Assembly: GCF_001194135.2 (NCBI RefSeq)
Contig: NC_068984.1
Span: 61,015,459-61,079,294, forward strand
Source of the DNA: Octopus bimaculoides
Lineage: Eukaryota
Direction of reading: 5' to 3'
Length of the DNA stretch: 63,836 nucleotides
The notes beneath the pieces were generated by a model. That model was not told where the DNA came from, searched no databases, and saw nothing but the letters and a program-made list of their open reading frames with translations. Made by a program: the position numbers and the translations under genes. Positions 1 to 12,690 of this stretch are shown here, piece after piece (the first letter of the stretch is position 1; each line of letters starts with the position of its first letter).

Positions 1-1101
1 CACACACACACACACACGTAGCGGTTGGTATTTATGTACTTTTTTCTTTTGCTTCTCTCTTCCTTATTTAGTAAAGAAACCGAAACATTTGTAAGTGAAA
101 TGAAAATGAAAAAAATCTATAAGCAAGACGTCTAATTTATCATGTTGATCTGCCGCTGTTACATTTAGCTTTTAACTAAAGCTCCAGATTCTTTTTAAAA
201 CTGTCCTACCAATCAAAAATATGTTACAACTACCAAACACGTCTGTCACTCGTGATATTAGATCGAGTACTGATTATGAAGAAGAAAATATATTGGAGAT
301 AAATATATTTATATTTTAAGACACAGTAACCGAGCCAGTTTCTTTAAATCAAAATAATATAATTATCTACAAAAATATACATTTGAATGAATACAAATGT
401 ATGCATCCGGGTTTATGATTTTTATAATTTGACTTCCATATTTAGCACTGTGAAACATAATTTGATTTTATAACTAGTCGAAGAGTCTAACATATCTGCT
501 TTTGCCAGGTAATTGATGTTTTTCGCAGGTACTTTTTCTGACATGAAGTTTCGATCCTCAGTTGAAATTTGACAAAGACCTTGGCTATTGACTCAATAGA
601 ATGTCGATGAAATAGGATTTTCGCATCTTGCATTTTCTTGATAATACTTCTGATGTTAGGTCTCTAGCTATCCTTCAATAACGTACTGCAATCTCTATAG
701 AGAGTATTTAAAGTCGAGGTTTAGATTTAGTCGAGTTTCATGAATTTTATACGTGCCATTTTTTTCCACGATCCTCTTTCATTTGATCTACATATTTTAA
801 AATTTTGTTGCATTTCTGATCTTTCTATCAATGTGTAGAAGCCTTTTTTTTCTGGAGAATTGAAGAGGCAGATTTATCTTGTCTTGTCATACTCATTTTG
901 TCATAGCTAAATTTGTCTTTTGTATGCTGAAAGAGAACGGAGATACTTTTCTGAAGTAATGTTCTGAATATGTTATAGTATAGTGTGTTTAATGGATGTA
1001 GAGAAGGTCGTTTGTGTAGCTGACAGGTTTTGAAATTTACAGAACATTTGTAAAAATATATACTTGCTCAAAGTATATTCTAACTCAATGCAGTAATATA
1101 T

Positions 1102-1434
1102 GTAATTAAATAAATTGGAACCAACAAGAAGGAGTAGAGAGGAACATTTCTTTGTAATCACTAAAATTGTTTTCACGCAATGTAGTTCTTCAGGTTCGCA
1201 GGTATTTAGTTATGTAACCGTTTCCCTCTATTACGAGATCTTGTGTTTCATCAGGTGATATAGAAATATTGCTTTTGTGTTCTGTAAACACAAGATCTCA
1301 CAATGCAGGGAAACGGTTACATAGTCAAATACCTGCGAACCTAGAGAACTACTCTGCGTGGAAACAATTATAGTGATTACAAATAAATGTTCCTCTGTAT
1401 TCCTTCATGTTGACTCCAACTTATTCAATTATAC
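1102..1434. repeat. Long imperfect inverted repeat (fold-back); arms about 1102-1254 and 1282-1434, 27-nt loop
   Basis: The left arm (...gaggaacatttctttgtaatcact...gagatcttgtgtttcatcag) matches the reverse complement of the right arm. Manual alignment of the inner ~116 nt gives about 14 substitutions and 2 indels. Confidence 0.85.
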
Positions 1435-1550
1435 ATTCACGCTCTACAAAATACCCAACGCAAATCTGGCAGTAGGTATAATAGCAGATTGGGTTAAATC
1501 TGAAGATTGACGAGCTTTATACTGTACTCTACTACGTTCTTAACAGAATA

Positions 1551-1552
<2 letters not shown>

Positions 1553-1609
<57 letters not shown>

Positions 1610-1635
1610 ATGTATATATGTATGTGCTCTATATA
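1553..1635. repeat. (TA)n/(TG)n compound microsatellite
   Basis: Directly visible in the sequence. Confidence 0.95.
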
Positions 1636-3327
1636 TAATTTAGTAGTAACCATATCGGAGAGACTAAAATGATAACCAAAGATGCTACTCATTGAGATCG
1701 AACACGGGATATTACGATAACGAAATGACTTCCTTAACCATTCAGCCAAACCTGTATCCACATGTAATAAACTATGTCAGTTTAATTAGCACACTCATAT
1801 GCACACATATTGCGACATTAGTTTTATACACCAGCACACACATATACAGGTACAAAATGTATTGATATATGTTAGAATCACCTTTTTCCTGTGGATATCT
1901 ATTGCAGCTTTGTGAATATTTCAAGTACACTGAGCCAATTCGTTCAAATATAGTCGTCCTTTTGGCGCGCCTGATAATGTATTTATACCCAGAGTGATAA
2001 TGGAATGCCACAATAAACTATTTATCCAAAACAAAGTCGTAATTGCAAGACGTCCTATCTCCGGAAGTCTTCTTCAACTGAATGTCAAAGATCCTTTCAT
2101 TGAACAGATGACTACTTTAAATAGTATTGAACACCTGACCATTAGGTTGAATCACATGACATCGTAAGCATATAAATCGTGTGAAATATGGAACACTACC
2201 TCACAAATGTTATAGTCAGCTTTGTTTTACGAAAACTACGGCTAGGATTGTTCCAACCGTGGCAGTCCTATTTTATTTTTAGACATAGTAAATTATGTAG
2301 GGTCACAATATCCAGTATGTTGTATGCGGCTTCAGAGATACTTTCTACTAGTTTTAGCACATTGATCAATTATAGACAGCCTTGTTCGTTCTCTCTGTAT
2401 TCCTATAAATTCGGGTTACTGCAAATTTATGAGAGACGAGCAATGTTTCGGAACTGGAGAGCTGTTGCTACACTGCACTTTCTACCATTAGTGTGCATGC
2501 GAATACTATGTTGGAATTGTAAAGCTTGTAGTTTGTTGCAACACCAAACTATATACTTACATATACAGTTGGTCTTCCGTTTTGAAATTTCGCTTTTGTT
2601 GAACAGATGATCTGTAATTGTTGTACGTATGGAAACTGTATCGATACGAATGTTTTGTGGTATTTATAGTATGTTTATATTGGATAGAAAAAGACTGGTG
2701 ACCCAGAGAGAATTTATATCGTCCAGGAGAGAACTAATATATGATTTACATAATAATGTTGCAGTTTATTTCCGGTATTTGGTGACGACATTTGATATGA
2801 TGTTACCAAATACATCAAAAATTGTAAACGACTTAAACTGAATGTGGCTAAAGCGGAAAAGCTTCTAATCTTCATAAAGAAGCAATGTAGCAGCTACGGA
2901 CAGAATTCGGATTTGAACGGAACAGATCATCTTAAATTATCTTTGTGCTGTAATTTGCTTTTGTAGTTATGTCTTCTACGTTTGCTGTAAAATTTGTATA
3001 ATGTGCAACAACCACAATGACTACAACAACACAAACAACGACAACAACAGTCACTGCGACAACAGCACCGCCACCACCAACAACAGAAATAATATCAACA
3101 ATGAAGGAAGGAAAGAAAAAAGAAGAAAGAGAGAAACGGAGAAATAATGAATGGCTACACGTCAACCTTCCATACTATGAAGAGAAGATAGGAAACAAGA
3201 TAAGGAACGGCATCAAAAGGCCTGATCTCCCTGTCATAATCACGAGACAAGGCCACTCCCTAAGGTACTACCCCACGCAAACAACACACTGGACACATGC
3301 TGTTTGAACCAATGTTTTAAATTTCAT

Positions 3328-3624
3328 GTTGCGTACGAAATGACGTGTTCTTGCAGGGAAACATGTATCGGATCTATAAAACGAGAACTTCACGTTAGAG
3401 TAGAGGAACACATCCACAAGACCGCACCACCCAGCGACGTATTCTAACACCACTGACATTGTGATGGGGATTTCTCTACCCGTATTCTGGTAAAGAGAAC
3501 GGATGCAGTCAATCTCCGAATAAAAGAGGTACATTTCATTAAAAAGAAGACGTTCAACCTTAACCGCCGGAATGAACTAGACGGATGGAGATTCATATAC
3601 TACTTTGACAAACGCCGGCAATAA
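3328..3624 (+). pseudogene. GIY-YIG endonuclease domain of a Penelope-like element, with two in-frame stops
   Basis: Translates as VAYEMTCSCRETCIGSIKRELHVRVEEHIHK...NLRIKEVHFIKKKTFNLNRRNE. This fits the Penelope pattern VxY-x-CxC-x-YIG-x-R-x-R-x-EH...EA-x-I-x-LN. Confidence 0.85.
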
Positions 3625-3644
3625 CCACTACAGAAAACACAGAA

Positions 3645-3681
3645 CGTCTGATGAAGTATCCTTGATCCGAATGCGCTAACG
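3645..3681 (+). ncRNA. Degenerate minimal type I hammerhead ribozyme of a Penelope pLTR
   Basis: cgt-CTGATGA-A-GTAT-ccttg-ATCC-GAA[T]-GCGC-TA-acg. Core, stem II, palindromic stem III and a 3-bp stem I (cgt/acg) are present. One stem II mismatch and an A>T change in GAAA. Confidence 0.6.
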
Positions 3682-3753
3682 AATGTAAATTTAAATTTAA
3701 ACTTCAACAGCTAGAAACAAAGTTATATGCAGATCACACGTCACTAGTATGCC

Positions 3754-3827
<74 letters not shown>
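3754..3827. repeat. (TATC)n tetranucleotide microsatellite
   Basis: Directly visible; abuts the 3' end of the Penelope-like element. Confidence 0.95.
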
Positions 3828-3831
<4 letters not shown>

Positions 3832-4299
3832 CTGTGTCTATCTGTCTGTCTGTCTTAAACCATTAAACTTTAATACTTTAAAACTTTAAATTCTATAACT
3901 TCATAACTGAAGATTTAATAAAAGATTTCCGAAATTCGTGGAGAATTCTCTGCGAATTTTTTGGAAATCTTTGTAAATTTTTTGGAAACTTTTTGTAAAT
4001 GTTTGAAACTTTTTGGTGTTTTCTGCATTGTTCCAATTACTTCGAGTGATTTGAGGTTTGTGTAATCTATTAAAAACTCTTACCTTTCCACACTGTCTCA
4101 TGTTTTCATTTTTTCGTTTTCCTTTTCTCAATTGTTACTTTTTAATTTCCTCCTGTCTTGTCCATAAGTGCATTTGGCCTCTAGTAACTTTTCTTAATTT
4201 TTCTTAATTTCGCTTGGTGTCCTCTACTTTTATTCCGATGCAATACTTCACTTCCCCTTTTCACCTTCCCAACTTCTACTAAAGGCGTTTACCCTGTTA

Positions 4300-5330
4300 T
4301 CTTTCTAGACCGTAAAGTTTGTAGTATATTTGTGTTTTGTGTGTAAGTAGAATGATGGCTAGGTAAGAAGCAGGAACGCGAATTGATAAATTTGGTACCA
4401 ACTTCTTTCGTATCGTGTAGATTTCTAGATAGAAATAGATATAATGGTGTAATAATTTGTAACTGTGCATGAAGAATGATATGCTGGTGTGACTGCAATG
4501 TGATCCATGTATTTGTGTTGAGATGTTCAGATCTGGTGTTAGTAAAGGTTAAACAGTCGAGGTGAGAGGACGGATCCTTATGATTTGCTTTTAGCATGGT
4601 TGGTTGAGGATTTCTGATCTGCCAGTTGTGTTTAGTAAAATGATGCATTTGAAGTAAATGTGCTGTGAATAGAATAAGTGTTTTCTGAGGTTGCTGTTGT
4701 GTGTCTTAAGTAATGAGTAAGAATGCCGATGCAATTAAGGTATAATAATTCAAATTTTATTTCAGTATGATGAAAACCTTTCTAACTGTAACATTCTCGT
4801 TATTTTTCCTGATATAATATATATAATAATATAGGGTAGCGAGATGGAAGAATCGTTAGCAAGCCGGGCAAAGTGCTAAGCGTCATTTTGTCCGTCTTCA
4901 CGTTCTGTTTTCAAATTCTGTCGAGGTCGACTTTACTTTTCATCCTTTCAGAGTCGATTAATTAAGTACGAGTTAATGTAATCGACTTAATCCCTACCCC
5001 TTGTGCCAGAATTTGTAATCATTATATGTAGTATTACATTATACAATATCATATTAAGGTAAGGGTTATTAAAATGTATGATAAGAGATTTGGTGACTAT
5101 TTTATTTCTAGCAGTTCTTCCGACCACGCATAGGCTCTACCATTGGCTGGTGCTATTTGCCTTGTGAGTAATACGTAATTTCTGTGGATTACGTGACTAG
5201 CAATATGATTTAGTTGATGGTGTGTCTGATGTACTCGATGCGTCTGAAGTGGTTGTTAGCATGCTGTGGACGTTGTATTTGATCTGATCGGTGCCACGTT
5301 TCTGATGCAATCAGGTCAATATCGCGTGTG
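4300..5330 (-). mobile_element. Possible highly decayed AP-endonuclease (APE) domain of a LINE, interrupted by a SINE
   Basis: Minus-strand pieces occur in the expected order: DIDLIASETW (about 5300, ETW motif), a frameshifted GDFNA/HH-like segment (about 4640), LTFTNTRSEHLNTNTW (about 4520) and LPSHH (SDH-like, about 4355). Many stops and frameshifts. Confidence 0.4.
4834..5020 (+). mobile_element. tRNA-derived SINE, family A
   Basis: tRNA-like head (gagatggaagaatcgttagc; B-box-like gttttcaaattc) and core gaggtcgactttacttttcatcctttcagagtcgat, shared with many other copies in the window. Confidence 0.85.
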
Positions 5331-5989
5331 GTACACTGATAGCTTGGTGAGGTTCTTGTGATAACTTTATCTGATATAACCAGTGGGTGGGCTTGGTATT
5401 TGATATTTGCAATGCTCTTCTAATGTACTTGTTATTTTAATACGATTAATGCTGCTGTTGCAGCTGCAGTCATTGTTACTGCTATTTTCTATTTCATGTC
5501 TCTTCTCTGACAGTTGTTGTTATTTACACACACACAGCACTATGCTGATAGGAACCGAGTGTAAATGGTGCTGATAAATCTCCTGTCTGACCCTCATTGC
5601 TAGATAATTAATGACTGCCCATGTCAAACGAACAGTTTGTCGCTCTTCTGTGGAACCAACTTCAGAGCAACAATAATTAATATCTTAAACATTCTCAGAA
5701 TCCACTACTACCATCAGCCCCAGTACGAACATCAACACCAACAGCACCAACACCTTCATAACCACTAAAGTTAAAGCAAAGAGAACAGTCTGTTACACCC
5801 CCATCACCATCGCTATCAGCAGTAGCAGTAGTAACCCCACCAGACCAATTCCAGGGAGAAAAACACAAAAAAAAAAAAAAGAAAACTTACCTCTCATGAA
5901 AATAGCGAATACATGCGACTAATTTACCAGCAAAATATTCCAAAATTACTAACATCAATAGCACCAAAATCGCCAAAACCAACACTAAC

Positions 5990-6159
5990 ACCAACGCTGC
6001 TGTTGCTGCTGCTGCTGCTGCTGCAGCTGTCGCAATCACTACTNNNNNNNNNNNNNNNNNNNNNNNNNNNNNNNNNNNNNNNNNNNNNNNNNNNNNNNNN
6101 NNNNNNNNNNNNNNNNNNNNNNNNNNNNNCACCACCACTACTACTACTACTACTACTAT

Positions 6160-6211
<52 letters not shown>

Positions 6212-6215
6212 GCTG

Positions 6216-6287
<72 letters not shown>

Positions 6288-6310
6288 TATTTCTAACTAC
6301 TACTGCTATT
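5990..6310. repeat. Compound trinucleotide tract (CTG)n/(CTA)n with an assembly gap at 6044-6129
   Basis: Directly visible in the sequence. Confidence 0.9.
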
Positions 6311-6727
6311 ACAGCTGCTTCTATCACTAGTATAACTGCTGCTGTTGCTCCTTTTGCTGCTGCAACAACTACTACTAAAGTAGCTATTATTACTGTTACC
6401 AAGAACCTCATTGTAACGATTTCTATCATGAACGTCGACACACCGTAAAAGCGTTACTATACTCTATACGCACCCTTCTTCAATATACCTACCAATGGAA
6501 TGGCATTCATCAAAGGTCTACCAACGGAATATCATTGATCAAAGTTCTAATCAAGTAGGGCTGATTGTGCAAACAGTTACAACTGGAATAACAACAATAA
6601 AAGCAATGTATTTGCTATGTACCACCATTATTTAGGTAAAGGAGAAAGCTTGGAAGCAGCAGATTGATTTTTGAGAAATATAGCAGCTTAAGTACCCTAA
6701 AACATTCACAGACAGATTTATACAAGA

Positions 6728-6729
6728 CA

Positions 6730-6782
<53 letters not shown>

Positions 6783-6880
6783 GTATATATGTACGTACAT
6801 ATACATGCGTCTGTATATATATGTATGTATATATGTATATATATATGTATATACATGTATGTATGTATATATATATTATT
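6728..6880. repeat. (TA)n/(TATG)n compound microsatellite
   Basis: Directly visible in the sequence. Confidence 0.9.
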
Positions 6881-8789
6881 GTATTTCGGGACGATCAATT
6901 TATTTAATATTCATTTTGTTGCCAAATAAACATACGCACTATATTCTTTTCTTCACTCGTTTATTACTGTTATTTTATTATTTTAACGGTTTCCAATTGT
7001 TTGGAATTCTTTTGTCACACATCTGTGACCTCCTCAGTGACACTTTTCGTTTCCGTGTGTATTCTTGCTCCACTTACTCCATTCTGTTCTTCTAAGATGT
7101 GTATTCTTATATGCGCATGCGTTTGTGTCCTTGTTTGTTTTTGTGTGTGTGTGTGTGTGTATGCGCATGCGTATGTGTGTACGTGTGTGTGTATGCTTGT
7201 GTGTGTGTCATAGTTTTTAGCAGCAGTGTGGCCTTCTCCTCAGTTGGCACTGACACGACACTTAGACAGATTACAAAATCCGCACACATAACAGTAGAAA
7301 GACCGAGCCTCAAGTGAAAACATGAATGAAACAATAAAACCCACCACCGCACCACATGACTAAAAACAGTAGGGATGTGAAGAGAGAACGATAGCAGGAA
7401 AAAAGGAAAGAAAAACCTTAAATACACAGATACATACAGAGTAATATGCACAAAATAGACATATATGCACTTACCTGTGATACTAGGAATAGAGATGGAT
7501 GTAAAATTACTTAGCCCCGCTTTATGCCATATTTGTGAAAACCGTACCAAGCAAAGCACAGGCTGAATGCTCAACAATTCACATCTCAATTCTCGAGGTC
7601 CCGGTCTCGATCTCACCGCATGGCATGTTGGACAAAATTTTTTTTTACCACCCTGTAATATAGCGCGACTGAAATACTACAAGGGAACTTAAATTGACTG
7701 TATTTAAGATTCAAATATCCAACTTTGTTTTACACTGGGTCCCGTTGATTTGTCCCAGAGAATTATTACTTTAAGTGTACATAGTACACATGTCTAAGGA
7801 ATGAAAAGTCACTTCCGATTCAGTGAATATGAACTTCAGTTGATGAAACACGTTGAATACTCATCTTCGATACTGGTGGAAATCCATTTACCATTGTTTC
7901 TAGTATGAAAAGATGAGATTTAGGATTCATGAGAGATAGACAGCTTAGTGTGGGATCAGAAAGGTAATCATCGGTAATGTGTGATTATACTAACACGAGA
8001 AACATAAGAAATGAAAGCTTTCAGTTCGACTTATATTAACCTCTGTTCCTCTGTTTGACATTGATTTGATTCACTGATTACTTCATCTAACAAGAAATGC
8101 TTATATAATGGGATAAGTAAACGAAAATTCCTGTAATTTATTCTCTAAGCAATTTCAGGTTTCTACGTACATTCATACAAAATTCCACAGTGATTTTCCA
8201 ATAACATTTTCGGTGATTACTGTGAAATCTATGGTTACGAATGTTTTAACAAATTTAGAGCTGTTTTATATACTTTATATACAAAATATTTTAAACGATT
8301 TTAATCTATGGTTGAAAGAAGTGGATTAGTGGATTCGTTAGAATATTTGAAAGTGTAGCTTGCTTCATGTAATCTTGTCCTTAGATTTCGAATCAGCCGA
8401 TACCAGCTTTGCATATAATTTCACTGTCAGAAAATAAAATGGTAATCAAAATTTGGTCGCGAATTTTCCTTCTCTTTTTCCGTATCAGATTCATAAATGC
8501 ACCAACAAAGGAACTTGTGGCAGCCAATCCTTTTACTTTCCCTCTGTGGAGGCAATAAGAAAGAAAGGCTAAGTTTAGTATGGTTTTAAGCGTCTGAATG
8601 ATGAATTCCAGTTAGCATTCTGATGCTCACTATCTTATTGGGAGCTATGTATGCCTGGGAGGGGTATAGACTAAAATCTGGTAAGTTTCTCATGAAAAAC
8701 GACGATGCAACTTGGTATTAGTGTTGTCATCAGAATGCATAACACCGGAACTAATATCATAAGGCAAACTACGGACGTCCTAACGATTG

Positions 8790-8912
8790 GTATCTTATTT
8801 ATCCGCTGACAAAGGATGAAAAGCAAAGTCGGTATCAGCGGAATTCGAACTTAGTGTGGAGAGAGACGGAACAAATAGCATAAGACATTTTATCCGATTC
8901 TCGAACGACTCA
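8790..8912 (-). mobile_element. SINE family A, degenerate copy
   Basis: tattttatccgctgacaaaggatgaaaagcaaagtcgg...ggaattcgaact is the reverse complement of the family A core. Confidence 0.7.
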
Positions 8913-9457
8913 AGCATTTATTAAATATGTAGATATTGACTTAATTATAGTTTTTGTTGTGAATCGAATATCTGGACAACCTGTTCTTTTGTTGTAAATT
9001 AATATAGACACATGAAATAAGGCTCTGTTGAAATAGGAAATGTTCTATAATCGCGACAATTTCCGGTAGTAATATTGTCTTAGTAGTTATTGTAAGTAGG
9101 TCAATGCCATTTTGCAGCCTATATAGCGATTTATGTAAACAAGAGATTACATTTCACTCGAGTTAGTAAAGCGTCCAAATATTTCGAAAACAATTTAGAA
9201 TACTGATAAAATATATTATCGTTAACAAGAATCTGCAGAAACAAATACGGCAGATAAGTCTGTTATGAAAAATATGTAATGAAACCAATAATTATTCAAT
9301 TTATCCTACCAATATTATATAGATTTGAAATCACTGAATGGATGAGGTTGCTGACTACTAGTTATTGCTCAAATAATTTCTTTATATTCCTCAAGAGAAT
9401 AAAATACTGTAGTTTCCGCAATTAATTTGAGAAAAAGATCACGGATTGTGTTTGATC

Positions 9458-9560
9458 AATAGTTCTTAACCTGAGAGGCAGCACCTCTTTTGGGAAGTTG
9501 TGAGATCCAGGAGGCGGCAAATGTCAGGGGGCGCTACGAAGGTGTTAGTTATTTTGAGGG
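9458..9560 (+). mobile_element. Possible end of a hAT-derived MITE
   Basis: caatagttcttaacctg resembles a CAGTGGTTCTCAACC-type TIR and is followed by a GC-rich subterminal segment. The partner TIR was not found. Confidence 0.3.
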
Positions 9561-10030
9561 TCTGTGATTTTTCTTAGAAATACAAACTTAAATCAGATAC
9601 GATGTTTGTATTTTCAATATATTTTCAAAGGTATTTTTGTCGGGATAGAAGATAGTGTCACGAGCAAACATGATATCAGGGTCCAATGTGAAATCTTCAT
9701 CTCATCTTTAGTAATGTACTTACAGATTATCATCGAACAACTAGTCCACAAATAATTATGGTAATGTGTAAGAAAATGGAGATAAAACGATTAATTATAT
9801 AATTAACTTCTGTTTGACTAATATGATCCGAGGGAGTGTTTCTGAAACGCCATTCAGTGAAGCGTGACATTGAGAATATGAAGCACTACTTTACATGAAA
9901 AAGCATCGTGTACACGGAGTGTGGGGTGGGTGGAACCTCTTTTCCTGTTAACGTAGTAAAATTGCTGGTGTATCATTTCTTGAATTCACATGTTTGTCTT
10001 TTCAATAATTGATATTCATAGAATATAATG

Positions 10031-10072
<42 letters not shown>

Positions 10073-10082
10073 NNNNNNNNNN

Positions 10083-10115
<33 letters not shown>

Positions 10116-11169
10116 CACACACACACACAAATCTAATGAGATCTACAGGAAGCAAACTAAAAAAGAAGAAAATTAGTTATACAGTACAGAAAAATAACAC
10201 TGGAGTTTTTTTTAAAAATAAGTAACAATTATAATACATAGCTAGACATAAGTTGACAATTAGATGAAATATTAGACGACTAGATAACATATATTGAGTT
10301 AAAACTCTTAGTTGATTCCTTTCGTTTTCAAAAAGAACACTTCAACGTTATTTCGTTTAAACTAAGGAACGAAGTATATGCATAAAGTTTTCCGTTGATA
10401 ACTATGATGGCTATAGCAAGGAATCTAACTCATCCAGTAAAGAATATTCAACTTGTAGTAGTTAATCATTGATCATATAAAAGCTTGCTATTTATTTAAT
10501 GATTAACCAAAACCATTTCTCTGTATACTGTACAAATACAACCATTTCTTGTATAGTTTGTCAGGTCTACGTTTTCCCTTACATCTTCAAACTGTAAAGG
10601 CAAGGAAACTTTCAAAATACGTGACAATAGAATAATGGTAATAGACAGAGATGAATCCGTTTAGAGTGTTTTGTGATGTTCTCGTAAAGACTGGTTGTGA
10701 GTAGGAAATTTCTAATGAACAGTGATATCTAGATGCTGAAAACATGATGATTGCCAGCGTCAATTATCTCTGAAAGTATAGATGGTCAAAGCACAGTACA
10801 ACACGTAGGAAAGCTCAAATCTATTTGCCTGTGTGATGTGTACTAATATAATCTAAACCGATTTAATCTGAATTGTCATCTTCACAAATGAATATTTCTT
10901 TCTGAAAGAACTTCCAAGCACTTTGTAATTTCAGTTCAAAAGATAGCTTGTATACTTACATACATACTTACTTACTAACCAACTGACCGACATACATATC
11001 TAAATAAATACGTGCTGTTATAGATATATGCAATTATAACTACTATCTGTAACCTGTCTTTATATTCGTTTACTCTATTACTGCTTTTAATAACATGGAC
11101 TGCAGATTCAGAAAATATATACATCGTACGTTTCTGATTTATACATACGATATAATATAAAACGCACGC

Positions 11170-11205
11170 GTATGTGTGTGCATGTATGTATATATGTATG
11201 TAAGT

Positions 11206-11265
<60 letters not shown>

Positions 11266-11404
11266 NNNNNNNNNNNNNNNNNNNNNNNNNNNNNNNNNNN
11301 NNNNNNNNNNNNNNNNNNNNNNNNNNNNNNNNNNNNNNNNNNNNNNNNNNNNNNNNNNNNNNNNNNNNNNNNNNNNNNNNNNNNNNNNNNNNNNNNNNNN
11401 NNNN

Positions 11405-11446
<42 letters not shown>

Positions 11447-11570
11447 TATATATAATGCATAAATATATTTACATATGTGTACATATATACGTATATAAGT
11501 ATACATAGATATATACATATGCATATATATGTGCGCATGTGTGTGTATGTAAATGTATGTATATGTGTAT
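11170..11570. repeat. (TG)n - gap (11266-11404) - (TA)n compound microsatellite
   Basis: Directly visible in the sequence. Confidence 0.9.
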
Positions 11571-12320
11571 GTACGTATGGGTTTATTTCTACATACTTGC
11601 GTTTGGTGTGTGTACACCTTTATAGCACTTTCCTGCAGATTTCCTCGAGGTCAATAAATTTCAGCTGTCAACAGTTCATTAATGCTTGTAACTTCCATTC
11701 CTTGTTTCCGGTAAAATAGGGTCAGAGTGTGTAATTACTTAATGGATATTCATAATTCATCTATAGTTTACCATTATCAAACTTCAAAGCTTGATAGAAG
11801 TACATATCCAAACAACAACATAATGTTGCTAATGATAAGTATTTAAAAGTCATCATTGTCATTGGAGTTTTCAGATTGTTTGCTGAATTTTTCTTAGGCA
11901 TAAATGGATAACAGCAACAACCAATCAAAATACCACTCCCTTCGTATTCTAAAATCAAGGTCGAGTGGTCTTTACCGTGTGCATATTGATACTGATATTT
12001 TTGGTCCCATATCAAGCATGATTGAAGAGATCCTATGATTAAATTTATTCTAGCTGTGATAATTTCATTCGTTGTTTTGGAGTTAGTTCATACGACTTGT
12101 CTATGTAACATTTTTTTTAGAGATTAGAGTGTAGCTTGAAGGAAATTCGGTTGCTCATTCTATCGGTTGATAGAACGATTGTCTGCGCATATGCCACGCG
12201 AATATTCCTTTTAAACAATGGTTGGTTGAGTGGGGCTCTTTGAGCCAAATAATTTCTTACAAGACATTAGTTTAATCGTCTGAAGTTAAGCATGTTTATT
12301 TTCAACAATGTTGTACTCAC

Positions 12321-12446
12321 ATTTCTGAATAATGATATGGGTTAGCATTGTATAGTGCAAATGCTGTTTTCATATGACAATTGATGGACAATAGCCTTGT
12401 TAGAAACAAGTTGCTAACAGAACAATCACTCGTTCGCACTATATTT
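12321..12446 (-). CDS. Candidate internal exon of an unidentified gene (126 nt, phase 2/2)
   Basis: Acceptor ttattctttcctttAG and donor GTGAGT. One open frame: NIVRTSDCSVSNLFLTRLLSINCHMKTAFALYNANPYHYSE. No homology recognised. Confidence 0.25.
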
Positions 12447-12589
12447 CTAAAGGAAAGAATAACAAATGAGTTTTGTAACTTGGTGCAAAACAAACGACCA
12501 AAATTGCTCTTTCTGGAGAACAACAGTTTTTTGTTCGTTTTTCTTTTTTATGTTTACATAATTCATTGATATGGGCAACTAAGGTTGTA

Positions 12590-12690
12590 ATAGAAGACAG
12601 TCACACAAGACCTTGTACCGTAGGATTGGTACTAGGTACCACCAGATTTAGAAGCAAATCTCTTAACCACACATCCACGACTATGTGTAT
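12590..12690 (-). mobile_element. SINE family B, head fragment
   Basis: agaagcaaatctcttaaccacac and aatagaagacagt match the reverse complement of the family B head seen at 31.8 and 50.1 kb. Confidence 0.55.

Larger units (their letters stand above)
2530..3753 (+). mobile_element. Degenerate Penelope-like retroelement (RT remnant, linker, GIY-YIG endonuclease, 3' hammerhead-like motif)
   Basis: RT-like pieces: KLYTYI (about 2545, like SLYTNIP), CIDTNV, and LIYDLHNNVAVYFRY followed by a frameshifted gacgac (YVDD-like, about 2790). Linker NLPYYEEKIGNKIRNGIKRPDLPVIITRQGHSL. GIY-YIG at 3328-3624. Ends at a (TATC)n tract. Confidence 0.75.

Noticed and set aside
4834-4925. tRNA genes at SINE heads
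   Set aside because: Only degenerate A/B-box-like motifs and no cloverleaf; they are continuous with SINE bodies.
5887-6441. 184-aa poly-Val ORF and overlapping poly-Leu ORF, with a GTAAGT donor at about 5890
   Set aside because: Translations of a (CTA/CTG)n tract spanning an N-gap. The Ser-rich frame contains stops.
10975-11617. Several long ORFs rich in YI/HT/CV
   Set aside because: Artefacts of (TA)n/(CA)n repeats read through Ns; the same applies at 6.6-7.3, 23.5-24.1, 29.6-29.9 and 33.6-34.1 kb.
11761-12015. 84-aa minus-strand ORF with CCC clusters
   Set aside because: No recognisable domain, and no consistent splice pair that keeps this frame.
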